In this document: in pieces, positions 1-9,197 of the stretch
Layout of the letters: each line of letters begins with the position of its first letter
How positions within the stretch are numbered: the stretch's first letter is position 1
NCBI GenBank assembly: GCA_034414775.1
Contig: DAOULX010000019.1
Location: 13,891 to 77,890, forward strand
Reading direction: 5' to 3'
DNA from: Dehalococcoidales bacterium
GTDB taxonomy: Bacteria; Chloroflexota; Dehalococcoidia; Dehalococcoidales; RBG-16-60-22
Length of the DNA stretch: 64,000 bases
Position numbers and translations under genes: made by a program
The notes under the pieces: generated by a model
Told to the model about the DNA's origin: nothing
What the model saw: the letters and a program-made list of their open reading frames with translations, nothing else
Databases searched by the model: none

Positions 1-1089
1 GGTATGACCATCATATTGATTGAACACCGCCTCGACCGGGTCGTCCACCTGGTTGACCGGGTGCTGGTAATGGACGAAGGTGTCGTCCAGGCCAGCGGCC
101 ATCCGCGGGAAGTCATGAGTCATACCAGCATAAATGGATTGGCACTGGGGGTGCCGCCGGTAATCAGGCTTGTACACCGATTACAAAAGAACGGTCTGGC
201 TATCAATGAAATGCCCTTGACGGTGAAAGATGCCCGGTTGATACTGCAAAAGGCCATCGGGCAGGCTAGGCCGGCGGAGTTTGTCGATGATGTTCCCGGG
301 AATAATCCGGTAGTCCGCGTCGAAAAGATGTGGTTCAGCTACGAAGAAAGGGCGGTACTTCGCGATATCAACCTGACGGTCAACCGAGGGGAATTCGTTG
401 CCGTTATCGGGAGGAATGCCTCCGGCAAGACAACACTGGTAAAACATCTCAACGGTCTGCTTAAGCCGGTCAAAGGCAAGGTAACTGTTTGTGGCGTTGA
501 TACCCGTCATGAGTCCGTCACCAAACTGAGCCGGCGGGTCGGCTACGTTTTTCAGAATCCCAACGACCACCTCTTCGCTGATACGGTCGAGGATGAGGTG
601 GCTTTCAGTCTCAAGAACCATGGATGGGAGACTGCCAGAATAGCCCGGGCGGTGGATGACATCCTGGCCAGGTTCAAGCTCGGCCAGTTCCGGGCTGCCT
701 ATCCCCGGTACCTCAGCGGGGGCGAAAAGCAACGCCTGGCGCTGGCCTCCGTCCTGGTGGGCGAGCCGGAGATAGTCATCCTTGATGAGCCGACGCGCGG
801 TATGGACTTCCGGTTAAAGGGAGAGCTGGTCGAGTTCCTCGAAGAATACCGCCGGCGCGGCGGTACCGTTATCATCGTTACCCATGATGTGGAAATGGTG
901 GCCGCCAGCACCGACCGCGTCATCCTCCTCAGTGAGGGAAGGATCGTGGTGGACGGACCAAAAAGGGAGGTGCTTCCCAAGGCGCTGCTTTTCTCGCCGC
1001 AGATCAACCGCCTGGCGCAGGCTTTAAGCAGCCGCGGTATCGCCGATACCACCCTTACCGTTGACGAAATGATGGGGCAGCTCCAGTGA
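1..1089 (+). CDS. ECF/CbiO-type ABC importer ATPase with two fused ATPase domains; 5' end lies outside the window
   Basis: The ORF is open at the left edge. It shows the tail of a first ABC domain (LIEHRLD..VMDEG), then a complete second domain with Walker A GRNASGKTT, signature LSGGEKQR, Walker B ILDEPT and H-loop VTHD. Confidence 0.85.
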   Translation, partial: GMTIILIEHRLDRVVHLVDRVLVMDEGVVQASGHPREVMSHTSINGLALGVPPVIRLVHRLQKNGLAINEMPLTVKDARLILQKAIGQARPAEFVDDVPGNNPVVRVEKMWFSYEERAVLRDINLTVNRGEFVAVIGRNASGKTTLVKHLNGLLKPVKGKVTVCGVDTRHESVTKLSRRVGYVFQNPNDHLFADTVEDEVAFSLKNHGWETARIARAVDDILARFKLGQFRAAYPRYLSGGEKQRLALASVLVGEPEIVILDEPTRGMDFRLKGELVEFLEEYRRRGGTVIIVTHDVEMVAASTDRVILLSEGRIVVDGPKREVLPKALLFSPQINRLAQALSSRGIADTTLTVDEMMGQLQ

Positions 1090-1790
1090 GAAAGAGCCAT
1101 ATTATTCTGATCGTGATCGTGGTGGCCGTGGTGACAATCTTTCTGGCGGCTACTTTCGACCTTGCCTGGACCGAATTTTTTAACTGGGGTATTTTCACGG
1201 CTGGCCTGGCGGTTCTGATCTGTATAGCTGTTTTTTTCGAGTTCGAGGAAGCCGCCACGACCTCCAAGGAAATAGCTTTGGTCGCCATGCTGGGGACCGC
1301 TTCGGCTGTTTTGAGGGTGCCGTTCGCCGCCGTCCCCGGCGTGCAGCCCTGCACCTATCTCATCATTTGCTCGGGGTATGTTTTCGGCCCGACATCCGGT
1401 TTCGTGGTAGGCACCATGACGCCTTTGGTTTCAAATTTTTTCCTGGGGCACGGTCCCTGGACGCTGTACCAGATGGTCGCCTGGGGTTTCGCCGGTCTTA
1501 CCAGTGGCTACCTTCACAGAATCAGGGTAAACCGGTTGTTTCTGATTATTCTGGGGATAGCATGGGGGTATTTATACGGTGTAATTTCCAACCTCTGGTT
1601 CTGGAGTGCCTTTATCTACCCACACACGCTCAATACTTTTGTCGTCACGCAGGTGAACTCCGTCTGGTTCGATACCCTTCATGCCGCCGGTAACGCCGTT
1701 TTTCTGGGTTTCCTCGGCATGAAGACCATCGCCGTATTAAACAGATTCAAGGAAAGATTTTCCTTAACCATTGTACGTGAAGGACCGTGA
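1086..1790 (+). CDS. Polytopic membrane protein, probable ECF-transporter membrane (S-type) component
   Basis: GTG start overlaps the upstream stop by 4 nt. About six hydrophobic helices. Assignment rests on operon context and remembered motif pattern only. Confidence 0.55.
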   Translation: MRKSHIILIVIVVAVVTIFLAATFDLAWTEFFNWGIFTAGLAVLICIAVFFEFEEAATTSKEIALVAMLGTASAVLRVPFAAVPGVQPCTYLIICSGYVFGPTSGFVVGTMTPLVSNFFLGHGPWTLYQMVAWGFAGLTSGYLHRIRVNRLFLIILGIAWGYLYGVISNLWFWSAFIYPHTLNTFVVTQVNSVWFDTLHAAGNAVFLGFLGMKTIAVLNRFKERFSLTIVREGP

Positions 1791-1991
1791 AATAACCGGC
1801 TGAAAATCACCCGTTTCAGGCTGTTACCGCCGGCGGTGGCAGCAACTGAACGGGCAAGAACTTGCCCGTGTCGGCAAGCGAATAAACTTCGGGGAGCCTG
1901 GCGACACTTTGTTTCGAAGCTGGTTCCCTTCGTCGGACATCCCCCGTTTTAATTTGAGGTTCACTCAACAAAAAATAATGGGCACTGCCAC

Positions 1992-2020
1992 TTGACTTCT
2001 AACGTGAAATGAGGTAATGT
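1992..2020 (+). promoter_or_regulatory. Sigma70-like promoter for the small zinc-ribbon gene
   Basis: TTGACT (1992-1997), 17-nt spacer, TAATGT (2015-2020), about 28 nt upstream of the ATG at 2049. Confidence 0.4.
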
Positions 2021-2048
2021 CAGTGTAAATTGAGGGAAGGAGGTAAAT

Positions 2049-2189
2049 ATGCAGGCTTATTGTGTGAAATGCCGGACCAAGCGGGATATGAAAGACCCGA
2101 AGAGCATTACGATGAAAAACGGCAAGCCAGCGACTCAGGGTACCTGCCCGGTTTGTGGCACCAAGATGTTCCGCATCGGCAAGAGCTAG
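2049..2189 (+). CDS. 46-aa zinc-ribbon protein (DUF5679-like)
   Basis: ATG at 2049 lies 5 nt after AAGGAGG (2037-2043). Translation is MQAYCVKCRTKRDMKDPKSITMKNGKPATQGTCPVCGTKMFRIGKS, with two CxxC pairs. It is followed by a terminator. It lies in a different frame from the 62-aa track ORF 2030..2218. Confidence 0.75.
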   Translation: MQAYCVKCRTKRDMKDPKSITMKNGKPATQGTCPVCGTKMFRIGKS

Positions 2190-2219
2190 GAGTTCTTGGC
2201 TCGGCTGATAATTTATAGA

Positions 2220-2259
2220 GGCCGGATTAATCGGAAACGGAGTCCGGCCTCTTTTTTTT
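2220..2259 (+). terminator. Rho-independent terminator
   Basis: Stem GGCCGGA (2220-2226) pairs with TCCGGCC (2243-2249), followed by TCTTTTTTTT. Confidence 0.6.
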
Positions 2260-3031
2260 ATTCCTTTTTCTCCGGCTGTTTACGGCGGACGTGCCGGTAG
2301 ATCATTATCACCACCAGCGCCACGATGACGATACCGCTTATCCAGCGGGCGGTCGGTATTCCCCCAAGCGTCCAGACATCGATCTTGAGCCCTTCCAGGT
2401 ACATACGCCCCACGCTGTACCAGATAGCGTACATAAAGAAGATATCGCCGTTGAGAAGGCGGTCCCGCCACTTCCGGCCGGCGAAGAGCAAAAAAGCGCC
2501 ACCGAGGATGTTCCAGATAAACTCATAGAAAAACAACGGGTGGAAATGGGTGGCGCTCTCATAGCCGGGCAGACGGTGGGCCTCGTCGATAAAAATGCCC
2601 CAGGGCAAGTCAGTCGGATAGCCGTAAAGTTCCTGGTTGAAAAAATTACCCCAACGGCCGATGGCCTGGGCCAGGATGACGCCGGGCGCGGCGACATCGA
2701 GCCAGTGAAGAGTGCTCAGCTTGCGCCATTGGGTATACACTATCACCCCTATGGCGCCTCCGATGACGGCCCCGAAAATCCCCAGCCCCGCCCCGCCGAA
2801 AATCTCGGCCGGGTGCTCGACGAAGTATGACCACCGGTCGATAACGTGGTAGAGCCGCGCCCCGATGGCACCCAGGGGTAGCACAACCAAAGTGATATTA
2901 ACTACGTGTCTGGTATCGTCGCCGTAGCGCCTGGCCTCCAGATAAGCAACGGTAATGGCCGCCACAATGCCGAGAGTTATCATGACACCGTACAAGCCTA
3001 TCGTCAACGGCCCCAGTTGTAGAGCGGTCAT
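2258..3031 (-). CDS. lgt: Prolipoprotein diacylglyceryl transferase
   Basis: Full-length 257-aa polytopic protein with Lgt-typical blocks (GPLTIGLYGVMITLG, GRWGNFFNQELYG, HPLFFYEFIWN). Confidence 0.9.
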   Translation of the reverse strand: MTALQLGPLTIGLYGVMITLGIVAAITVAYLEARRYGDDTRHVVNITLVVLPLGAIGARLYHVIDRWSYFVEHPAEIFGGAGLGIFGAVIGGAIGVIVYTQWRKLSTLHWLDVAAPGVILAQAIGRWGNFFNQELYGYPTDLPWGIFIDEAHRLPGYESATHFHPLFFYEFIWNILGGAFLLFAGRKWRDRLLNGDIFFMYAIWYSVGRMYLEGLKIDVWTLGGIPTARWISGIVIVALVVIMIYRHVRRKQPEKKE

Positions 3032-3105
3032 ATCGAAATTATTCCTTTGAGTTTGATTTTGCGGACATTTACGGGTTGAGCGATTATCGACCTGCCCGCT
3101 GCGCC

Positions 3106-3936
3106 TCAGGCGGTTTTATTCGTGCCGAACCTTTCACACTCATCGTGTTTGCACTCCAGCACACGGAGCTTGGAGTCCCCGGTGACGACGATGCCGAAGG
3201 TCTCCAGCAGGGCTTCGGCGGTGATCACCTCGTCCGGCGGGCCGATGGCTACGACGCGGCGGGCCAGCAGGACCACCTGGTGGCACAGGGAGGCTTCTTC
3301 CTCGATGTCGTGCGTGGCCATGATGACGGAGGCCCCCCGGGATATCTCGTTATCGATTGCCTGCAGGAAAAGCTCCCGGCCGCCGGCATCCAGCCCGGAA
3401 GTCGGCTCGTCCAGCACGAGCAGATCGGCCCGGTGGGCCAGGACCTGGGCAATATAGGTGCGCTGCTGCTGGCCGCCTGATAGAGAACGCAGAGGCAAGT
3501 CAGTCAGGTCCTCGATGCCCATCGTACGCATCGCCGCCAGCACGATTTCGTCATCCTGCCGGCCCATACGCTTCCATAATCCGTGCCAGGGGAACCGCCC
3601 CATGCGCACCACATCGACGGTGCGGATGGGAAGAACGAACCCGGAGTTATGGAACTGACCGAGATAGGCCAGGCGTGAACGTTCGCTGCCCGGGGGCTTT
3701 CCGAGGACCGTGGCCTTGCCCCGCAGCAGCGGCAGCAGACCGACCAGGGTCTTTAAAAGAGTAGACTTGCCCGAGCCATTGGTGCCGATGACCGCCATCG
3801 CCTGTCCCGATGTCAGATCGAAGCTGATGTCCGGTACGACGACATCGTTCGGGTAGCCGATAACGAGGTTCCTGGCGGTGACGCAAGAAGTGGCGGATTC
3901 ACCCGACGGCCTCAGGACCGTCTCTCGATTATCCAT
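3106..3936 (-). CDS. znuC: Metal (Zn/Mn-type) ABC transporter ATP-binding protein
   Basis: Walker A GTNGSGKST, signature LSGGQQQR, Walker B LLVLDEPT. 8-nt overlap with the permease gene. Cys/His-containing C-terminal tail (ECKHDEC). Confidence 0.85.
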   Translation of the reverse strand: MDNRETVLRPSGESATSCVTARNLVIGYPNDVVVPDISFDLTSGQAMAVIGTNGSGKSTLLKTLVGLLPLLRGKATVLGKPPGSERSRLAYLGQFHNSGFVLPIRTVDVVRMGRFPWHGLWKRMGRQDDEIVLAAMRTMGIEDLTDLPLRSLSGGQQQRTYIAQVLAHRADLLVLDEPTSGLDAGGRELFLQAIDNEISRGASVIMATHDIEEEASLCHQVVLLARRVVAIGPPDEVITAEALLETFGIVVTGDSKLRVLECKHDECERFGTNKTA

Positions 3937-4777
3937 GGCTGGGCTCCCGGCGTAGAACGTTCCGATTACGTACGTTCTGAATTGTAAAAACGATAAAGAA
4001 GATGAACACGGTAACGAGGGTTATGGCGGCACCGGCAGCCAGGTTGAAGTGGTAGCTGATGAGAAGTCCGGCGTACATGGAAAGCACCCCGAAAAATGCC
4101 GCCCACGTAATCATAGCCTCGATGCGCCGCGCCAGAAGCGCCCCCGCCCCCGCTGGCGCTATCAGCAGCCCGAAAACGAGCAGGGTGCCGACCGTCTGGA
4201 AAGAAACGATGACCGTAATGGCGATCATAAAAAGCATGATGTTGTGGTACAGACGCACCGGGAAACCGGCGACTTCGGCCTGCTCGGGATCGAAGCTGAG
4301 CAGGAGGAAAGGACGGGCACAGATGATTGCCATCACGGCGATAACAACCGTTGCCGCCAGTTGGATGAAGATGGAGGTCAAACTTATCCCCAGGATCTCG
4401 CCAAAGAGTATGCGGGTGAGGTCGCCGCTGAAGGAGCCGGAGCGGGATACAATGGCCACACCCAGGGCCAGCATGCCGACGAAGAGCAGCCCGATGGCCG
4501 TGTCCGAAGACAGCCGTGAACGCTGTGTGATTAGTGTGATGCCCCCGATCATCGCGGCCGCGCCGATGGCCGCCCCGAGTATCCCCGGGAAACCGATGAG
4601 TATTCCCAGCGCGATGCCCGGCAGGACGCCATGGGCCAGGGCGTCCCCGATAAAGGCCAGTCCCCGCAGTATAACGAACGTTCCAGCGATAGCGCAGGTG
4701 ATCGAGACCAGCACCCCGGCCAGAAGCGCCCGGAGCATAAAATCATTATCGAGGAAGGGCGTGATTATTGCGTCCAT
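3929..4777 (-). CDS. znuB: Metal ABC transporter permease (ZnuB/TroCD type)
   Basis: 282-aa, highly hydrophobic, 8-9 TM protein located between the SBP and ATPase genes. Confidence 0.85.
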   Translation of the reverse strand: MDAIITPFLDNDFMLRALLAGVLVSITCAIAGTFVILRGLAFIGDALAHGVLPGIALGILIGFPGILGAAIGAAAMIGGITLITQRSRLSSDTAIGLLFVGMLALGVAIVSRSGSFSGDLTRILFGEILGISLTSIFIQLAATVVIAVMAIICARPFLLLSFDPEQAEVAGFPVRLYHNIMLFMIAITVIVSFQTVGTLLVFGLLIAPAGAGALLARRIEAMITWAAFFGVLSMYAGLLISYHFNLAAGAAITLVTVFIFFIVFTIQNVRNRNVLRREPSHG

Positions 4778-4781
4778 ATAT

Positions 4782-5732
4782 CTATTCTAAAGCATTGACG
4801 ATGGTGGTGGCTATATCTTTCATGAAGGTAAAGTAGGAGCCGTCGGCGGGGAGAGCGTGGGTATTGAGTTCGACCACTTTTACTCCGGTCTCGTCGGCGA
4901 TGGTACTGGCTACCGCCGGCGACGTGCCCAGCTCCGTGAATATCGCTTTAACATCATTCTCGGCAATGGCCTGCTTCAGTGCCGCCAGGTTCGCGGCGGA
5001 GACCTCCGCCTGGCTCGAGAGACCGGGCACGATCATACCTACCAGCTTGAAGCCATAGCGTTCCGCGAAATAGCCCATCGACTCGTGGCCGGTGACCAGC
5101 TTGCGGTCTTCCTGCGGGAGCACGGAAAGGATTCCGGCCACCTCAGTATTTAGAGTATCGAGGCGACTTCCCAGGTCGGCGGCCTGCGCCGAGACATCCA
5201 GGCCGAGGTCATCCGTCAGCACCGGCACCAGGGCGGCGACGATACTCTTCATGTTCGCGGGGTCAAGCCACAGGTGCGGATCGGGCGCGCCGGCTTCGTG
5301 GTGGTGTTCATCTTCGTCGTGATGGGCTTCTTCCTCGTCATGGTGGACTTCGGAGGCGACTTCCTCGGGATCAACGTGGCGGACGGTGATATAGTCCGCG
5401 GCGGTAAAGAACCTGCCCCCGTTTTCCCGGGCCGTTTCCAGGGTGTTTTCCCAGCCCTCTTCCAGTCCCAGCCCGTTCTCGATAACGAGGTCGGCCTTGT
5501 TAATGGCCTCGATATCTTTAGCGGAAGGCTCGAACTCGTGTGGGTCGAGTCCGTCGGGTATGGATACGGTAACTTCGGCCGCGTCGCCCACCAGCTCTTT
5601 GACGACAGACCCGAGTACGGAGTAGGTAGCAACGATGGTCTTCCCGGTGCCAACTGTGGTCGGCTGACAGGACAACGTCGCCAGCAGTCCCATTATAATA
5701 AAGATAACAACAAACTTGCTTTTAGCTTCCAT
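4782..5732 (-). CDS. znuA: Metal ABC transporter substrate-binding protein, zinc-type
   Basis: N-terminal signal/anchor. Long acidic His-rich loop HHDEEEAHHDEDEHHHE, as in Zn-specific ZnuA. First gene of the znuACB-like operon. Confidence 0.85.
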   Translation of the reverse strand: MEAKSKFVVIFIIMGLLATLSCQPTTVGTGKTIVATYSVLGSVVKELVGDAAEVTVSIPDGLDPHEFEPSAKDIEAINKADLVIENGLGLEEGWENTLETARENGGRFFTAADYITVRHVDPEEVASEVHHDEEEAHHDEDEHHHEAGAPDPHLWLDPANMKSIVAALVPVLTDDLGLDVSAQAADLGSRLDTLNTEVAGILSVLPQEDRKLVTGHESMGYFAERYGFKLVGMIVPGLSSQAEVSAANLAALKQAIAENDVKAIFTELGTSPAVASTIADETGVKVVELNTHALPADGSYFTFMKDIATTIVNALE

Positions 5733-5744
5733 TAGACTGTATAA

Positions 5745-5760
5745 TGATAATTGATTATCA
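5745..5760. promoter_or_regulatory. Fur/Zur-box-like palindrome
   Basis: Perfect inverted repeat TGATAAT-TG-ATTATCA, 13 nt upstream of the znuA start, in the znuA/zur divergent intergenic region. Confidence 0.6.
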
Positions 5761-5846
5761 ATAAGCTGTCAATAGGGATTGTCTAATACTTGGTACTTTT
5801 CACCGGCGTCTGATAAAATTACGGTGAAAGCCGAGAAACTGAAACC

Positions 5847-6245
5847 ATGAAAAGGACGACACCACAGCGGAATGCCATTTACCGGGTTTTGACCGGCTCG
5901 GGTAGACCGCTTTCGGTTGCTGAGATACACAAGTTGGCCAGTAGTAAATCGGCCGGCCTGGGGATAGCCACGGTCTACCGCAATTTAAAGCTCCTGCATA
6001 CGGAGGGGGAGATTGTCGCCGTGGATTTACCGGGACATCCGCCGCGTTGGGAGGTGGCGCCGGAGCGTCATCACCACCATTTTCTCTGTCTTTCCTGTGA
6101 CAAGCTTTTCGAGGTACCCGGCTGCCCGGAAGGTCTCAGGCATCTTTTACCGGAAGGCTACACCCTGGAGGAACACGATATCCTGCTGCGGGGGCGTTGT
6201 GATGTCTGCACGCGCCGTGGTGATTCTGAGACTAAGGCGAAGTAA
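5847..6245 (+). CDS. zur: Fur-family metalloregulator, probably Zur
   Basis: 132 aa. N-terminal winged-helix block (PQRNAIYRVL), HHHHF, and two CxxC pairs (CLSC, CDVC). Divergent from the zinc uptake operon. Confidence 0.8.
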   Translation: MKRTTPQRNAIYRVLTGSGRPLSVAEIHKLASSKSAGLGIATVYRNLKLLHTEGEIVAVDLPGHPPRWEVAPERHHHHFLCLSCDKLFEVPGCPEGLRHLLPEGYTLEEHDILLRGRCDVCTRRGDSETKAK

Positions 6246-6289
6246 ACTGCCTTGATTTCCCGTTATCAGCGGGGTCTCCCTTCAGAAGG

Positions 6290-7723
6290 ATGAAAAATAC
6301 CGCTAATTTCCACCGACGCACCAAGATTGTCTGTACTATCGGCCCGGCCACCGCTTCGGCAAGGGTGATCCAGCGGTTGATCAGGGCGGGTATGGATGTC
6401 GCCCGCCTGAACCTTTCGCACGGCACGCTTGACGCACACGCCGGATACATCAAGATAATCAGGAATATGAGCCGGCGCCTTGGCATGGATGTCGCCATAC
6501 TCATCGATTTACCCGGGCCCAAGTACCGCATCGGCCGGCTCAAGGACGGGCAGGTGAAGTTGAGAAAAGGCAGCCTCGTCCGTTTGACCACAGCGGATAT
6601 CGAAGGGGATGCCTCGCTGCTTCCGGTCACTTTGCCTAATCTCACTCAGGATATCCGGGTAGGGGACACCGTCATTCTGGATGACGGCGCTATGCAGCTG
6701 CGGGTATTGGAGATCGAAGGTGATGCGGTACGTTGCCGCGTGACCGTCGGTGGCTTGTTGCATCAGGGGAAAGGGCTGGTCGTCCCCGGCCGGCGTGTCT
6801 CTGTCCCGTTCATCTCGGAAAAGCTCAGGGCCGGTATCGACTTTGCCGTCAAGCAGCAGCCGGACTTCCTGGCGCTCTCCTTCGTTACCGACGCCGGAAA
6901 TATCGCCGGCGTCCGGACAATCCTCCGGGAGAAGGGCACCGAGACACCGATCATCGCCAAGATCGAGCGGGGAGAAGCGGTTAAAAACTTCGGCAGCATC
7001 CTGGCCGCCAGTGACGGCGTCATGGTGGCGCGGGGTGACCTCGGCGTGGAGCTGCCCCTGGAAAAGGTACCGCTGATACAAAAAGCCCTTATCGCTAAAT
7101 GTAACCGGGCCGGTAAACCGGTCATCACCGCCACCGAGATGCTGGAATCGATGATAAACTCGGTGCGGCCGACCCGCGCCGAGACGACCGATGTCGCCAA
7201 TGCTATCTTCGACGGTACGGATGCTATCATGCTTTCCGCCGAGACCTCGGTGGGTAACTACCCGGTACCGGCCGTCAGGATGATGTCCGGCATTGCCCGG
7301 GCCGCCGAAAAAGAGATCCCCTACGAGTGGGTCCTGGCAGAAAGGCGTTCCTGGCTGGAAAGAGAGACGGACGAACTCATCAGCTACAGTGCCTGCCAGG
7401 TAGCCAACAGCCTTAAAGCATCAGCGATAGTGGCCTTTACCCAGTCCGGCAGCACGGCTGTCCGGGTTTCGAAATACCGCCCGAATGTGCCTGTCCTGGC
7501 ATTGACGACCAGCCGGGACGTAGCGGGGAAGCTGCTGCTTTACTGGGGAGTACGGCCGCAGGTGATCGTCGAGCCGGCCTCCGTAGATGAGATGTTCGCT
7601 CTGGCGTCCCGGCTCTCCCGGAAGCTGGGGGTGGTCAAGCCGGGTGGTCTTATTGTCATCACCGCCGGTATCCCCATCGGGGAGGCGGGTACCACCAATA
7701 TGCTTAAGGTTGAGAGGGTTTAG
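6290..7723 (+). CDS. pyk: Pyruvate kinase
   Basis: RRTKIVCTIGPA, NLSHG, MVARGDLGVE, and a C-terminal regulatory domain. 477 aa. Confidence 0.95.
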   Translation: MKNTANFHRRTKIVCTIGPATASARVIQRLIRAGMDVARLNLSHGTLDAHAGYIKIIRNMSRRLGMDVAILIDLPGPKYRIGRLKDGQVKLRKGSLVRLTTADIEGDASLLPVTLPNLTQDIRVGDTVILDDGAMQLRVLEIEGDAVRCRVTVGGLLHQGKGLVVPGRRVSVPFISEKLRAGIDFAVKQQPDFLALSFVTDAGNIAGVRTILREKGTETPIIAKIERGEAVKNFGSILAASDGVMVARGDLGVELPLEKVPLIQKALIAKCNRAGKPVITATEMLESMINSVRPTRAETTDVANAIFDGTDAIMLSAETSVGNYPVPAVRMMSGIARAAEKEIPYEWVLAERRSWLERETDELISYSACQVANSLKASAIVAFTQSGSTAVRVSKYRPNVPVLALTTSRDVAGKLLLYWGVRPQVIVEPASVDEMFALASRLSRKLGVVKPGGLIVITAGIPIGEAGTTNMLKVERV

Positions 7724-7805
7724 GGACAAGTTTACAGTTTTCGGTACGCAGTCTACGGTTCTTCCCTTCCCCGGGAACTGTTAACTGTAGACTAATAACT
7801 ATAAA

Positions 7806-9077
7806 CTAATTCGTAGTGTAGCCCTTGCTGAAGAATTTCAGGGCGGTTGCCTGGTTAACCGCCTGGTTGAGCAGCTTCTTGTCGAGCGTACTACCGGCAT
7901 CAATGCTGCGGGCCAGAAATACCTGGGCCATTCTCTGGCGGTCCTTCATGATAGCCCGGGTACCCAGGCCGCGATAGGTATCCGCGTCCTGGTAATAACG
8001 GAATCGGGCCATCTCCTGTGCGTTGAGCGGGTCCGGCGCGCCTTTGGGTAGCTGGGGCACGGTGTAGTGGACTTCGAGCCGGGCCGGGTGTGATTGTAAC
8101 AGGCCGGCGACGTAGCTCCAGGCTGTCAACACCGAAGGTACCAGGGCTTTCATGCGGAATACTTTGAAGTTGTCTTTGCTTTTTTTCACGGCGTCATACT
8201 GGGCACGGTGCAACCTGGCGAAAGCCCTGGCGGCCTGCGTCAGTCCCTTGTCCGACCAGAGCTTATTGCCCATTTTTTCGGTAAGCTGGCGGTATTCATC
8301 GTCCAGAAAAATACCGGTCTGGCAGAGGTAAGGCTCGTAGACATTGCGGTCGAGCTGGGCCCCGGCCATCTGCTCCCCGGTCTGCTTCCCCTTGAAGTAG
8401 TTGACGATGAAGCTGCGGGCGCCCTGCGTGGTAATCCTCTCGCTGTGGGAGCCCACGTCGGGGAAGTCCTCACCCTTCCGCAACAAGCCGACCTTGGTAC
8501 ACCAGCGCCGCAGGCTCGGCCCCAGGTACGTCTCCTCGAGCTGCCGGTCGAAAAGGTCATTGGATACGGAGATGCTGGTATTGGATATCAGGGCCAGCTC
8601 GGTACGTTGCTCCTTGGTCAGGCAGAAATAGACGCGAAAACCGTGGTAGCGGGAGACCTTTTTCTCCTCGAAGGCATCGACGATGGCCCGGGAGCGATGC
8701 TGGCCGCCCCATATCTTGAGGGGCCTTTCCGGCAGGTAGGATGTTATGTATTCGGCGATAATGTCGTTGAACTCGCGCTCGTTGCCGGCGTCCGCCTTCA
8801 TACGCAGGAATGTATTATGCGTCATTAGGATCTCGCGGTTGTCCCGGAACGTTTCTCCGTTATCCGGATTCAGCCGAGCGTCCAGGCTGATGGCCCGCGC
8901 CATAGTCTCGCCGGAGATGGCGCAGCGTATGTAGTAGCTCTTCCTGACGCCGTCCTGGAAAATCAAGACCGGTGCGTCACCGTCTTTCTCCAGGGTAGGC
9001 GCGGTCTCCAGGAACTCCCGGACGGTCCTGGCCACCTCCTTATCTTTGGCGGCGTCACGGTTGAAAGTAATTTCCAT
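7806..9077 (-). CDS. ParB/Srx-fold DGQHR-type (DndB-like) protein, orphan
   Basis: 423 aa. The motif PLKIWGGQHRSRAI (residues ~120-131) matches the DGQHR signature of DndB-like ParB-fold proteins. The rest is unassigned. Confidence 0.55.
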   Translation of the reverse strand: MEITFNRDAAKDKEVARTVREFLETAPTLEKDGDAPVLIFQDGVRKSYYIRCAISGETMARAISLDARLNPDNGETFRDNREILMTHNTFLRMKADAGNEREFNDIIAEYITSYLPERPLKIWGGQHRSRAIVDAFEEKKVSRYHGFRVYFCLTKEQRTELALISNTSISVSNDLFDRQLEETYLGPSLRRWCTKVGLLRKGEDFPDVGSHSERITTQGARSFIVNYFKGKQTGEQMAGAQLDRNVYEPYLCQTGIFLDDEYRQLTEKMGNKLWSDKGLTQAARAFARLHRAQYDAVKKSKDNFKVFRMKALVPSVLTAWSYVAGLLQSHPARLEVHYTVPQLPKGAPDPLNAQEMARFRYYQDADTYRGLGTRAIMKDRQRMAQVFLARSIDAGSTLDKKLLNQAVNQATALKFFSKGYTTN

Positions 9078-9197
9078 TTATGCACCCCGAATCAATTGTA
9101 AGCTGGGACGAGACATGAGGCAGTTGTTCGTGAAAACAAATGCTACCGTGGCCCGGTTGCCGGGCGTACTTTTATGATACACTCCGGGCGCGGAAAA

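Noticed and set aside
1851-1870. Hairpin ACGGGCAAG-AA-CTTGCCCGT after the ECF operon, considered as a terminator; the region 1800-1990 was also considered as a cobalamin riboswitch.
   Set aside because: No T-run follows the stem. I could not find a B12-box or the conserved cobalamin riboswitch core in the region.
2030-2218. 62-aa ORF from the supplied track.
   Set aside because: It overlaps, in another frame, a 46-codon zinc-ribbon ORF that has an SD, a promoter, a terminator and a recognisable family pattern. The 62-aa frame has none of these.
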